Position numbers and translations under genes: made by a program. DNA of 64,000 nucleotides from the human T2T-CHM13v2.0 reference genome, Homo sapiens: positions 1,856,001-1,920,000 of the forward strand of contig CP068257.2 of the NCBI GenBank assembly GCA_009914755.4, in the 5' to 3' direction. A model generated the notes under the pieces. It was not told where the DNA came from. It saw only the letters and a list, made by a program, of their open reading frames with translations, and searched no databases. This document shows, piece by piece, positions 1 to 15,600 of this stretch (its first letter is position 1; every line of letters begins with the position of its first letter).

Positions 1-24
1 TACCCAAACTATACATTATATACT

Positions 25-396
25 GTACATAAAATATGAAATTACATCAAATATATATTAGGTACATAAATATGAAAGTACATCAAATATAGATTATATA
101 CTGTACATAAAATATCAAAGTACCCCAAATATCTATTATATACTCTACATGAAATATCAAAGTTCACAAACTATATATTATATACTGTACATATAATATG
201 AAAGTACCCAAGGTATATATTGTATAGTGTACAAAAAATATGAAAGTACCCAAAGCATGTATTATATACTGTACATAAAATATGAAAGTACATCAAATAT
301 ATATTTTATTCTGTACATAAAATATCAAAGTACACCAGATATATATTCTATAGTGTACATAAAATATCAAAGTACCCAAACTATACATTATATACT
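25..396 (+). repeat. One complete 9-monomer HOR copy (372 bp): A'(37 bp)-B(41)-C-D-E-F-G-H-I.
   Basis: Monomer boundaries read at 25, 62, 103, 145, 187, 229, 271, 313, 355 and 397. Each monomer begins gtaca/ctaca. The same order, A(gaaattacatc...attag)-B(gaaagtacatc..tagatt)-C(ccccaaat)-D(ctacatgaaat..ttcacaaact)-E(cccaaggt)-F(gtacaaaaaat..aagcatg)-G(gaaagtacatc..ttttattct)-H(caccagat..tatagt)-I(cccaaactatacatt), recurs along the window. Confidence 0.85.
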
Positions 397-647
397 GTAC
401 ATAAAATATGAAATTACATCAAATATATATTATATTAGGTACATAAAATATGAAAGTACATCAAATATAGATTATATACTGTACATAAAATATCAAAGTA
501 CCCCAAATATATATTATATAGTGTACATGAAATATCAAAGTTCACAACTATATATTATATACTGTACATAAAATATCAAAGTCCCCAAGGTATATATTCT
601 ATACTGTACAAAAAATATCAAAGTACCCAAAGCATGTATTATATACT
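397..647 (+). repeat. 6-monomer HOR variant (A-B-C-D'-E-F, 251 bp). Monomer F is joined directly to the next A at 648, skipping G-H-I. D' is a 41-bp variant (cacaactat, 1-bp deletion).
   Basis: Boundaries read at 397, 439, 481, 523, 564, 606 and 648. The junction ...aaagcatgtattatatact|gtacataaaatatgaaattacatc lies at 647/648. Confidence 0.8.
439..480 (+). repeat. Example single monomer (type B, 42 bp): gtacataaaatatgaaagtacatcaaatatagattatatact.
   Basis: Read directly. It contains the two GTAC palindromes found in almost every monomer (positions 1-4 and ~19-22). Confidence 0.85.
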
Positions 648-3449
648 GTACATAAAATATGAAATTACATCAAATATATATTATATTAGGTACATAAAAT
701 ATGAAAGTACATCAAATATAGATTATATACTGTACATAAAATATCAAAGTACCCCAAATATATATTATATACTGTACATGAAATATCAAAGTTCACAACT
801 ATATATTACATACTGTACATAAAATATCAAAGTACCCAATTTATATATTCTATACTGTACAAAAAATATCAAAGTACCCAAAGCATGTATTATATACTGT
901 ACATAAAATATGAAAGTACATCAAATATATATTTTATTCTGTACATAAAATATCAAAGTACAGAAGATATATATTCTATAGTGTACATAAAATATCAAAG
1001 TACCCAAACTATACATTATATACTGTACATAAAATATGAAATTACATCAAATATATATTAGGTACATAAAATATGAAAGTACATCAAATATAGATTATAT
1101 ACTGTACATTAAATATCAAAGTACCCGAAATATATATTATATACTGTACATGAAATATCAAAGTTCACAAACTATATATTATATACTGTACATAAAATAT
1201 CAAAGTACCCAAGGTATATATTCTATACTGTACAAAAAATATCAAAGTACCCAAAGCATGTATTATATACTGTACATAAAATATGAAAGTACATCAAATA
1301 TATATTTTATTCTGTACATAAAATACCAAGTACACCAGATATATATTCTATAGTGTACATAAAATAACAAAGTACACAAACTATAAATTATATACTGTAC
1401 TTAAAATATGAAATTACAACAAATATATATTAGGTACATAAAATATGAAAGTACATCAAATATAGATTATATACTGTACATATAATATCAATGTACCCCA
1501 AATATATATTTTATTCTCTACATGAAATATAAAGGTTCACAAACCATATATTATATACTGTACATAAAATATCAAAGTACCCAAGGTATATATTCTATAC
1601 TGTACAAAAAATATCAAAGTACCCAAAGCATGTATTATACACTGTACATAAAATATGAAAGTACATCAAATATATATTTTATTCTGTACATAAAATATCA
1701 AAGTACACCAGATATATATTCTATAGCGTACATAAAATATCAATTTACCCAAACTATACATTATATACTGTACATAAAATATGAAATTACATCAAATATT
1801 TATTATATTAGGTACATAAAATATGAAAGTACATCAAATATAGATTATATACTGTACATAAAATATCAAAGTACCCCAAATATATATTATATACTCTACA
1901 TGAAATATCAAAGTTCACAAACTATATATTATATACTGTACATAAAATATCAAAGCACCCAAGGTATATATTCTATACTGTACAAAAAATATCAAAGTAC
2001 CCAAAGCATGTATTATATACTATATATAAAATATGAAAGTACATCAAATATATATTTTATTCTGTACATAAAATATCAAAGTACACCAGATATATATTCT
2101 ATAGTGTACATAAAATATCAAAGTACCCAAACTATAAATTATATACTTTACATAAAATATGAAATTACATCAAATTTATGTTAGGTACATAAAATATGAA
2201 AGTACATCAAATATAGATTATATACTGTACATAAAATATCAAAGTACCCCAAATATATATTATATACTGTACATGAAATATCAAAGTTCAGAAACTATAT
2301 ATTATATACTGTACATAAAATATCAAAGTACCTAAGGTATATATTCTATACTGTACAAAAAATATCAAAGTACCCAAAGCATGTATTATATACTGTATAT
2401 AAAATATGAAAGTACATCAAATATATATTTTATTCTGTACAGAAAATATCAAAGTACACCAGATATATATTCTATAGTGTACATAAAATAACAAAGTACA
2501 CAAACTATAAATTATATACTATACATAAAATATGAAATTACATCAAATATATATTAGGAACATAAAATATGAAAGTACATCAAATATAGATTCTATACTG
2601 TACATATAATATCAATGTACCCCAAATATATATTTTATACTCTACATGAAATATCAAAGTTCACAAACCATAAATTATATACTGTACAAAAAATGTCAAA
2701 GTACCCAAGGTATATATTCTATACTGTACAAATAATATCAAAGTACCAAAAGCATGTATTATATACTGTACATAAAATATGAAAGTACATCAAATATATA
2801 TTTTATTCTGTACATAAAATATCAAAGTACACCAGATATATATTCTATAGTGTACATAAAATATCAAAGTACCCAAACTATACATTATATACTGTACGTA
2901 AAATATGAAATTACATCAAATATATATTATATTAGGTACATAAAATATGAAAGTACATCAAATATAGATTATATACTGTACATTAAATACCAAAGTACCA
3001 AAAATATATATTATATACTCTACATGAAATATCAAAGTTCACAAACTATATATTGTATACTGTACATAAAATATCAAAGTACCCAAGGTATATATTCTAT
3101 ATTGTACAAAAAATATCAAAGTACCCAAAGCATGTATTATATACTATATATAAAATATGAAAGTACATCAAATATATATTTTATTCTGTACATAAAATAT
3201 CAAAGTACACCAGATATATATTCTATAGTGTACATAAAATATCAAAGTACCCAAACTATACATTATATACTGTACATAAAATATGAAATTACATCAAATA
3301 TATTTTATATTAGGTACATAATATATGAAAGTACATCAAATATAGATTGTATACTGTACATTAAATACCAAAGTACCCCAAATATATATTTTATACTGTA
3401 CATGAAATATCAAAGTTCACAAACTATATATTATATACTGTACATAAAA

Positions 3450-5400
3450 TATCAAAGTACCCAAGGTATATATTCTATACTGTACAAAAAATATCAAAGT
3501 ACCCAAAGCATGTATTATATACTGTATATAAAATATGAAAGTACATCAAATATATATTTTATTCTGTACATAAAATATCAAAGTACACCAGATATATATT
3601 CTATAGTGTACATAAAATATCAAAGTACCCAAACTATACATTATATATTGTACATAAAATATGAAATTACATCAAATATGTATTATATTAGGTACATAAA
3701 ATATGAAAGTACATCAAATATAGATTATATACTGTACATAAAATATCAAAGTACCCCAAATATATATTATATACTGTACATGAAATATCAAAGTTCACAA
3801 CTATATATTATATACTATACATAAAATATCAAAGTACCCAAGGTATATATTCTATACTGTACAAAAAATATCAAAGTACCCAAAGCATGTATTATATACT
3901 GTACATAAAATATGAAATTACATCAAATATATATTATATTAGGTACATAAAATATGAAAGTACATCAAATATAGATTATATACTGTACATAAAATATCAA
4001 AGTACCCCAAATATATATTATATACTGTACATGAAATATCAAAGTTCACATCTATATATTACATACTGTACATAAAATATCAAAGTACCCAATTTATATA
4101 TTCTATACTGTACAAAAAATATCAAAGTACCCAAAGCACGTATTATATACTGTACATAAAATATGAAAGTACATCAAATATATATTTTATTCTGTACATA
4201 AAATATCAAAGTACAGAAGGTATATATTCTATAGTGTATATAAAATATCAAAGTACCCAAACTATACATTATATACTGTACATAAAATATGAAATTACAT
4301 CAAATATGTATTATATTAGGTACATAAAATATGAAAGTACATGAAATATAGATTATATACTGTACATAAAATATCAAAGTACCCCAAATATATATTATAT
4401 ACTCTACATGAAATATCAAAGTTCACAAACTATATATTATATACTGTACATAAAATATCAAAGTACCCAAGGTATATATTCTATAGTGTACAAAAAATAT
4501 CAAAGTACCCAAAGCATGTATTATATACTGTACATAAAATATAAAATTACATCAAATATATATTTTATTCTGTACATAAAATATCAAAGTACACCAGATA
4601 CATATACTATAGTGTACATAAAATATCAAAGTACCCAAACTATACATTATACACTGTACATAAAATATGAAATTACATCAAATATATATTAGGTACATAA
4701 AATATGAAAGTACATCAAATATAGATTATATACTGTACATATAATATCAATGTACCCCAAATATATATTTTATACTCTACATGAAATATCAAAGTTCACA
4801 AACCATATATTATATACTGTACATAAAATATCAAAGTACCCAAGGTATATATTCTATACTGTACAAAACATATCAAAGTACCCAAAGCATGTATTATATA
4901 CTGTACATAAAATATGAAACTAAATCAAATATATATTTTATTCTGTACATAAAATATCAAAGTACACCAGATATATATTCTATAGTGTACATAAAATATC
5001 AAAGTACCCAAACTATACATTATATACTGTACATAAAATATGAAATTACATCAAATATATTTTATATTAGGTACATAAAATATGAAAGTACATCAAATAT
5101 AGATTATATACTGTACATTAAATACCAAAGTACCCCAAATATATATTTTATACTGTACATGAAATATCAAAGTTCACAAACCATATATTATATACTGAAC
5201 ATAAAATATCAAAGTACCCAAGGTATATTTTCTATACTGTACAAAAAATATCAAAGTACCCAAAACATGTATTATATACTGTACATAAAATATGAAAGTA
5301 CATCAATTATATATTTTATTCTGTACATAAAATATCAAAGTACACCAGGTATATATTCTATAGTGTACATAAAATAACAAAGTACCCAAACTATACATTA
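3450..5400 (+). repeat. Segmental copy of a super-block. Its partner is at ~12700-14650 (offset 9248, drifting to 9242). Identity is very high over ~3450-5160 and lower beyond.
   Basis: ORF-track pairs are identical or near-identical at a constant offset: 3887..4075 vs 13135..13323 (identical 62 aa including the rare 'SSHLYITYCT'), 4341..4544 vs 13589..13792, 4408..4692 vs 13656..13940, 4781.. vs 14029.., and 5537.. vs 14779.. (offset 9242). Confidence 0.7.
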
Positions 5401-8400
5401 TATACTGTACATAAAATATGAAATTACATCAAATATATATTATATTAGGTACATAAAATATGAAAGTACATCAAATATAGATTATATACTGTACATTAAA
5501 TACCAAAGTACCCCAAATATATATTTTATACTGTACATGAAATATCAAAGTTCACAAACCATATATTATATACTGTACATAAAATATCAAAGTACCCAAG
5601 GTATATATTCTATACTGTACAAAAAATATCAAAGTACCCAATGCATGTATTATATACTGTACATAAAATATGAAAGTATATCAAATATATATTTTATTCT
5701 GTACATAAAATACCAAAGTACACCAGATATATATTCTATAGTGTACATAAAATAACAAAGTACACAAACTATAAATTATATACTGTACATAAAATATGAA
5801 ATTACATCAAATATATATTAGGTACATAAAATATGAAAGTACATCAAATATAGATTATACACTGTACATAAAATATCAATGTACCCCAAATATATATTTT
5901 ATACTCTACATGAAATATCAAAGTTCACAAACTATATATTATATACTGTACATAAAATATCAAAGTACCCAAGGTATATATTCTATACTGTACAAAAAAT
6001 ATCAAAGTACCAAAAGCATGTATTATATACTGTACATAAAATATGAAAGTACATCAAATATATATTTTATTCTGTACATAAATATGAAAGTACACCAGAT
6101 ATATATTCTATAGTGTACATAAAATATCAAAGTACCCAAACTATACATTATATACTGTACATAAAATATGAAATTACATCAAATATGTATTATATTAGGT
6201 ACATAAAATATGAAAGTACATCAAATATAGATTATATACTGTACATTAAATATCAAAGTACGCCAAATATATATTATATACTGTACATGAAATATCAAAA
6301 TTCACAAACTATATATTATATACTGTACATAAAATATCAAAGTACCTAAGGTATATATTCTATACTGTACAAAAAATATCAAAGTACCCAAAGCATGTAT
6401 TATATACTGTATATAAAATATGAAAGTACATCAAATATATATTTTATTCTGTACAGAAAATATCAAAGTACACCAGATATATATTCTATAGTGTACATAA
6501 AATAACAAAGTACACAAACTATAAATTATATACTGTACATAAAATATGAAATTACATCAAATATATATTAGGTACATAAAATATGAAAGTACATCAAATA
6601 TAGATTATATACTGTACATAAAATATCAATGTACCCCAAATATATATTTTATATTCCACATGAAATATCAAAGTTCACAAACCATATATTATATACTGTA
6701 CATAAAATATCAAAGTACCCAAGGTATACATTCTATACTGCACAAAAAATATCAAAACCCAAAACATGTATTATATACTGTATATAAAATATGAAAGTAC
6801 ATCAAATATATATTTTATTCTGTACATAAAATATCAAAGTACACCAGATATATATTCTATAGTGTACATAAAATAACAAAGTACACAAACTATAAATTAT
6901 ATACTGTACATAAAATATGAAATTACATCAAATATATATTAGGTACATAAAATATGAAAGTTCATCAAATATAGATTATATACTGTACATATAATATCAA
7001 TGTACCCCAAATATATATTTTGTACTCTACATGAAATATCAAAGTTCACAAACCATATATTATATACTGTACATAAAATATCAAAGTACCCAAGGTATAT
7101 ATTCTATACTGTACAAAAAATATCAAAGTACCCAAAGCATGTATTATATACTGTACATAAAATATGAAAGTACATCAAATATATATTTTATTCTGTACAT
7201 AAAATATCAATGTACACCAGATATATATTCTATAGTGTACATAAAATATCAAAGTACCCAAACTATACATTATATACTGTACATAAAATATGAAATTACA
7301 TCAAATAAAGATTATATTAGGTACATAAAATATGAAAGTACATCAAATATAGATTATATACAGTACATTAAATACCAAAGTACCCCAAATATATATTTTA
7401 TACTGTACATGAAATATCGAAGTTCACAAACTATATATTATATACTGTACATAAAATATCAAAGTTCCCAAGGTATATATTCTATACTGTAGAAAAAATA
7501 TCAAAGTACCCAAAGCATGTATTATATACTGTATATAAAATATGAAATTACATCAAATATATATTTTATTCTGTACATAAAATATCAAAGTATACCAGAT
7601 ATATATTCTATAGTGTACATAAAATATCAAAGTACCCAAACTATACATTATATACTGTACATAAAATATGAAATTACATCAAATATATATTAGGTACATA
7701 AAATATGAAAGTACATCAAATATAGATTATATACTGTACATGAAATACCAAAGTAACCCAAATATATATTATATACTGTACATGAAATATCAAAGTTCAC
7801 AAACTATATATTATATACTGTACATAAAATATCAAAGTACCTAAGGTAAATATTCTATACTGTACAAAAAATATCAAAGTACCCAAAGCATGTATTATAT
7901 ACGGTACATAAAATATGAAAGTACATCAAATATATATTTTATTCTGTACATAAAATATCAAAGTACACCAGATATATATTCTATAGTGTACATAAAATAA
8001 CAAAGTACACAAACTATAAATTATATACTGTACATAAAATATGAAATTACATCAAATATATATTAGGTACATAAAATATGAAAGTACATCAAATATAGAT
8101 TATATACTGTACATAAATTATCAATGTACCCCAATTATATATTTTATACTCCACATGAAATATCAAAGTTCACAAACCATACATTATATACTGTACATAA
8201 AATATCAAAGTACCCAAGGTATACATTCTATACTGCACAAAAAATATCAAAGTACCCAAAACATGTATTATATACTGTATATAAAATATGAAAGTACATC
8301 AAATATATATTTTATTCTGTAGATAAAATATCAAAGTACACCAGATATATATTCTATAGTGTACATAAAATATCAAAGTACCCAAACTATACATTATATA

Positions 8401-11400
8401 CTGTACATAAAATATGAAACTACATCAAATATATATTAGGTACATAAAATATGAAAGTACATCAAATATAGATTATATACTGTACATATAATATCAATGT
8501 TCCGCAAATATATATTTTGTACTCTACATGAAATATCAAAGTTCACAAACCATATATTATATACTGTACATAAAATATCAAAGTACCCAAGGTATATATT
8601 CTATACTGTACAAAAAATATCAAAGTACCCAAAGCATGTATTATATACTGTACATAAAATATGAAAGTACATCAAATATATATTTTATTCTGTACATAAA
8701 ATATCAAAGTACACCAGATATATATTCTATAGTGTACATAAAATATCAAAGTACCCAAACTATACATTATATACTGTACATAAAATATGAAATTACATCA
8801 AATATTTATTATATTAGGTACATAAAATATGAAAGTACATCAAATATAGATTATATACTGTACATAAAATATCAAAGTACCCCAAATATATATTATATAC
8901 TCTACATGAAATATCAAAGTTCACAAACTATATATTATATACTGTACATAAAATATCAAAGTACCCAAGGTATATATTCTATACTGTACAAAAAATATCA
9001 AAGTACCCAAAGCATGTATTATATACTATATATAAAATATGAAAGTACATCAAATATATATTTTATTCTGTACATAAAATATCAAAGTACACCAGATATA
9101 TATTCTATAGTGTACATAAAATATCAAAGTACCAAAACTATAAATTATATACTTACATAAAATATGAAATTACATCAAATATATGTTAGGTACATAAAAT
9201 ATGAAAGTACATCAAATATAGATTATATACTGTACATAAAATATCAAAGTACCCCAAATATATATTATATACTGTACATGAAATATCAAAGTTCACAAAC
9301 TATATATTATATACTGTACATAAAATATCAAAGTACCTAAGGTATATATTCTATACTGTACAAAAAATATCAAAGTACCCAAAGCATGTATTATATTCTG
9401 TATATAAAATATGAAAGTACATCAAATATATATTTTATTCTGTACAGAAAATATCAAAGTACACCAGATATATATTCTATAGTGTACATAAAATAACAAA
9501 GTACACAAACTATAAATTATATACTGTACATAAAATATGAAATTACATCAAATATATATTAGGTACATAAAATATGAAAGTACATCAAATATAGATTCTA
9601 TACTGTACATATAATATCAATGTACCCCAAATATATATTTTATACTCTACATGAAATATCAAAGTTCACAAACCATATATTATATACTGTACATAAAATG
9701 TCAAAGTACCCAAGGTATATATTCTATACTGTACAAATAATATCAAAGTACCAAAAGCATGTATTATATACTGTACATAAAATATGAAAGTACATCAAAT
9801 ATATATTTTATTCTGTACATAAAATATCAAAGTACACCAGATATATAATCTATAGTGTACATAAAATATCAAAGTTCCCAAACTATACATTATATAATGT
9901 ACATAAAATATGAAATTACATCAAATATATATTAGGTACATAAAATATGAAAGTACATCAAATATAGATTATATACTGTACATAAAATATCAAAGTACCC
10001 CAAATATATTTTATATACTGTACATGAAATATCAAATTTCACAAACTATATATTATATACTGTACATAAAATATCAAAGTACCCAAGGTATATATTCTAT
10101 ACTGTACAAAAAATATCAAAGTACCCAAAGCATGTATTATATACTGTACATAAAATATGAAAGTACATCAAATATGTATTTTATTCTGTACATAGAATAT
10201 CAAAGTACACCAGATATATATTCTATAGTGTACATAATATAACAAAGTACAAAAACTATACATTATATACTGTACATAAAATATGAAATTACATCAAATA
10301 TATATTAGGTACATAAAATATGAAAGTACATCAAATATAGATTATATACTGTACATAAAATATCAAAGTACCCCAAATATATATTATATAATGTACATGA
10401 AATATCAAAGTTCACAAACCATATATTATATACTGTACATAAAATATCAAAGTACCCAAGGTATATATTCTATACTGTACAAAAAATATCAAAGTACCCA
10501 AAGCATGTATTATATACTGTACATAAAATATGAAATTACATCATATATATATTTTATTCTGTACATAAAATATCAAAGTACACCAGATATATATTCTATA
10601 GTGTACATAAAATATCAAAGTACCCAATCTATACATTATATACTGTACATAAAATATGAAATTACATCAAATATATATTAGGTACATAAAATATGAATGT
10701 ACATCAAATATAGATTATAAACTGTACATAAAATATCAAAGTACCCTAAATATATATTATATACTCTACAAGAAATATCAAAGTTCACACACTATATATT
10801 ATATACTGTACATAAAATATCAAAGTACCCAAGGTATATATTCTATACTGTACAAAAAATATCAAAGAACCCAAACCATGTATTATATACTGTACATAAA
10901 ATATGAAAGTACATCAAATATATATTTTATTCTGTACATAAAATATCAAAGTACACCAGATATATATTCTATAGTGTACATAAAATAACAATGTACGCAA
11001 ACTATACATTATATACTGTACATAAAATATGAAATTACATCAAATATATATTAGGAACATAAAATATGAAAGTACATCAAATATAGATTATATACTGTAC
11101 ATAAAATATCAATGTACCCCAAATATATATTTTATACTCTACATGAAATACCAAAGTTCACAAACCATATATTATATACTGTACATAAAATATCAAAGTA
11201 CCCAAGGTATATATTCTATACTGTACAAAAAATATCAAAGTACCCAAAGCATGTATTATATACTGTACATAAAATATGAAAGTACATCAAATATATATTT
11301 TATTCTGTACATAAAATATCAAAGTACACCAGATATATATTCTATAGTGTACATAAAATATCAAAGTACCCAAACTATACATTATATACTGTACATAAAA

Positions 11401-12699
11401 TATGAAATTACATCAAATATATATTATATTAGGTACATAAAATATGAAAGTACATCAAATATAGATTATATACTGTACATAAAATATCAAAGTACCCCAA
11501 ATATATATTATATACTCTACATGAAATATCAAAGTTCACAAAGTATATATTATATACTGTACATAAAATATCAAAGTACCCAAGGTATATATTCTGTAAT
11601 GTACAAAAAATATCAAAGTACCCAAAGCGTGTATTATATACTGTATATAAAATATGAAATTACATCAAATATATATTTTATTCTGTACATAAAATATCAA
11701 AGTACACCGGATATATATTCTATAGTGTACATAAAATATCAAAGTACCCAAACTATACATTATATACTGTACATAAAATAAGAAATTACATCAAATATAT
11801 ATTATATTAGGTACATAAAATATGAAAGTACATCAAATATAGATTATATACTGTACATTAAATACCAAAGAACCCCAAATATATATTATATACTCTACAT
11901 GAAATATCAAAATTCACAAACTATATATTATATACTGTACATAAAATATCAAAGTACCCAAGGTATATATTTTATACTGTACAAAAAATATCAAAGTACC
12001 CGAAGCATGTATTATATACTGTACATAAAATATGAAAGTACATCAAATATATATTTTATTCCGTAAATAAAATATCAAAGCACACCAGATATATATTCTA
12101 TAGTGTACATAAAATATCAAAGTACACAAACTATACATTATATACTGTACATAAAATATGAAATTACATCAAATATATATTATATAAGGTACATAAAATA
12201 TGAAAGTACAGCAAATATAGATTATATACTGTACATTAAATACCAAAGAACCCCAAATATATATTATATACTCTGCATGAAATATCAAAGTTCACAAACT
12301 ATATATTATATACTGTACATAAAATATCAAAGTACCCAAGGTATATATTCTATACTGTACAAAAAATATCAAAGTACCCAAAGCATGTATTATATACTGT
12401 ATATAAAATATGAAAGTACATCAAATATATATTTTATTCTGTACATAAAATATCAAAGTACACCAGATATATATTCTATAGTGTACATAAAATAACAAAG
12501 TACAAAATCTATAAATTATATACTGTACATAAAATATGAAATTACATCAAATATATATTAGGTACATAAAATATGAAAGTACATCAAATATAGATTATAT
12601 ACTGTACATAAAATATCAATGTACCCCAAATATATATTTTATACTCGACATGAAATACCAAAGTTCACAAACCATATAATATATACTGTACATAAAATA

Positions 12700-15600
12700 T
12701 CAAAGTACCCAAGGTATATATTCTATACTGTACAAAAAATATCAAAGTACCCAAAGCATGTATTATATACTGTATATAAAATATGAAAGTACATCAAATA
12801 TATATTTTATTCTGTACATAAAATATCAAAGTACACCAGATATATATTCTATAGTGTACATAAAATATCAAAGTACCCAAACTATACATTATATATTGTA
12901 CATAAAATATGAAATTACATCAAATATGTATTATATTAGGTACATAAAATATGAAGGTACATCAAATATAGATTATATACTGTACATAAAATATCAAAGT
13001 ACCCCAAATATATATTATATACTGTACATGAAATATCAAAGTTCACAACTATATATTATATACTATACATAAAATATCAAAGTACCCAAGGTATATATTC
13101 TATACTGTACAAAAAATATCAAAGTACCCAAAGCATGTATTATATACTGTACATAAAATATGAAATTACATCAAATATATATTATATTAGGTACATAAAA
13201 TATGAAAGTACATCAAATATAGATTATATACTGTACATAAAATATCAAAGTACCCCAAATATATATTATATACTGTACATGAAATATCAAAGTTCACATC
13301 TATATATTACATACTGTACATAAAATATCAAAGTACCCAATTTATATATTCTATACTGTACAAAAAATATCAAAGTACCCAAAGCACGTATTATATACTG
13401 TACATAAAATATGAAAGTACATCAAATATATATTTTATTCTGTACATAAAATATCAAAGTACAGAAGGTATATATTCTATAGTGTATATAAAATATCAAA
13501 GTACCCAAACTATACATTATATACTGTACATAAAATATGAAATTACATCAAATATGTATTATATTAGGTACATAAAATATGAAAGTACATGAAATATAGA
13601 TTATATACTGTACATAAAATATCAAAGTACCCCAAATTTATATTATATACTATACATGAAATATCAAAGTTCACAAACTATATATTATATACTGTACATA
13701 AAATATCAAAGTACCCAAGGTATATATTCTATAGTGTACAAAAAATATCAAAGTACCCAAAGCATGTATTATATACTGTACATAAAATATAAAATTACAT
13801 CAAATATATATTTTATTCTGTACATAAAATATCAAAGTACACCAGATATATATACTATAGTGTACATAAAATATCAAAGTACCCAAACTATACATTATAC
13901 ACTGTACATAAAATATGAAATTACATCAAATATATATTAGGTACATAAAATATGAAAGTACATCAAATATAGATTATATACTGTACATATAATATCAATG
14001 TACCCCAAATATATATTTTATACTCTACATGAAATATCAAAGTTCACAAACCATATATTATATACTGTACATAAAATATCAAAGTACCCAAGGTATATAT
14101 TCTATACTGTACAAAACATATCAAAGTACCCAAAGCATGTATTATATACTGTACATAAAATATGAAACTACATCAAATATATATTTTATTCTGTACATAA
14201 AATATCAAAGTACACCAGATATATATTCTATAGTGTACATAAAATATCAAAGTACCCAAACTATACATTATATACTGTACATAAAATATGAAATTACATC
14301 AAATATATTTTATATTAGGTACATAAAATATGAAAGTACATCAAATATAGATTATATACTGTACATTAAATACCAAAGTACCCCAAATATATATTTTATA
14401 CTGTACATGAAATATCAAAGTTCACACACTATATATTATATACTGTACATAAAATATCAAAGTACCCAAGGTATATATTCTATACTGTACAAAAAATATC
14501 AAAGTACCCAAAGCATGTATTATATACTGTACATAAAATATGAAAGTACATCAAATATATATTTTATTCTGTACATAAATATCAGAGTACACCAGATATA
14601 TATTCTATAGTGTACACAAAATAACAAAGTACACAAACTATAAATTATATACTGTACATAAAATATGAAATTACATCAAATATATATTAGGTACATAAAA
14701 TATGAAAGTACATCAAATATAGATTATATACTGTACATATAATATCAATGTACCCCAAAAATATATTTTATACTCTACATGAAATATCAAAGTTCACAAA
14801 CCGTACATTATATACTGTACATAAAATATCAAAGTACCCAAGGTATATATTCTATACTGTACAAAAAATATCAAAGTACCCAAAGCATGTATTATATACT
14901 GTACCTAAAATATGAAAGTACATCAAATATATATTTTATTCTGTACATAAAATATCAAAGTACACCAGATATATATTCTATAGTGTACATAAAGTAACAA
15001 AGTACACAAACTATACATTATATACTGTACATAAAATATGAAATTACATCAAATATATATTAGGTACATAAAATATGAAAGTACATCAAATATAGATTAT
15101 ATACTGTACATAAAATATCAATGTACCCCAAATATATATTTTATACTCTACATGAAATATGAAAGTTCACAAACCATATATTATATACTGTACATAAAAT
15201 ATCAAAGTACCCTATGTATATATTCTATACTATACAAAAAATATCAAAGTACCCAAAGCATGTATTATATACTGTACATAAAATATGAAAGTACATCAAA
15301 TATATATCTTATTCTGTACATAAAACATCAAAGTACCCAAACTATACATTATATACTGTACATAAAATATGAAATTACATCAAATATATATTAGGTACAT
15401 AAAATATGAAAGTACATCAAATATAGATTATATACTGTACATAAAATATCAAAGTACCCCAAATATATATTATATACTCTACATGAAATATCAAAGTTCA
15501 CAAACTATACATTATATACTGTACATATAATATGAAAGTACACAAGGTATATATTCTATACTGTACAAAAAATATCAAAGTACCAAAAGCATGTATTATA

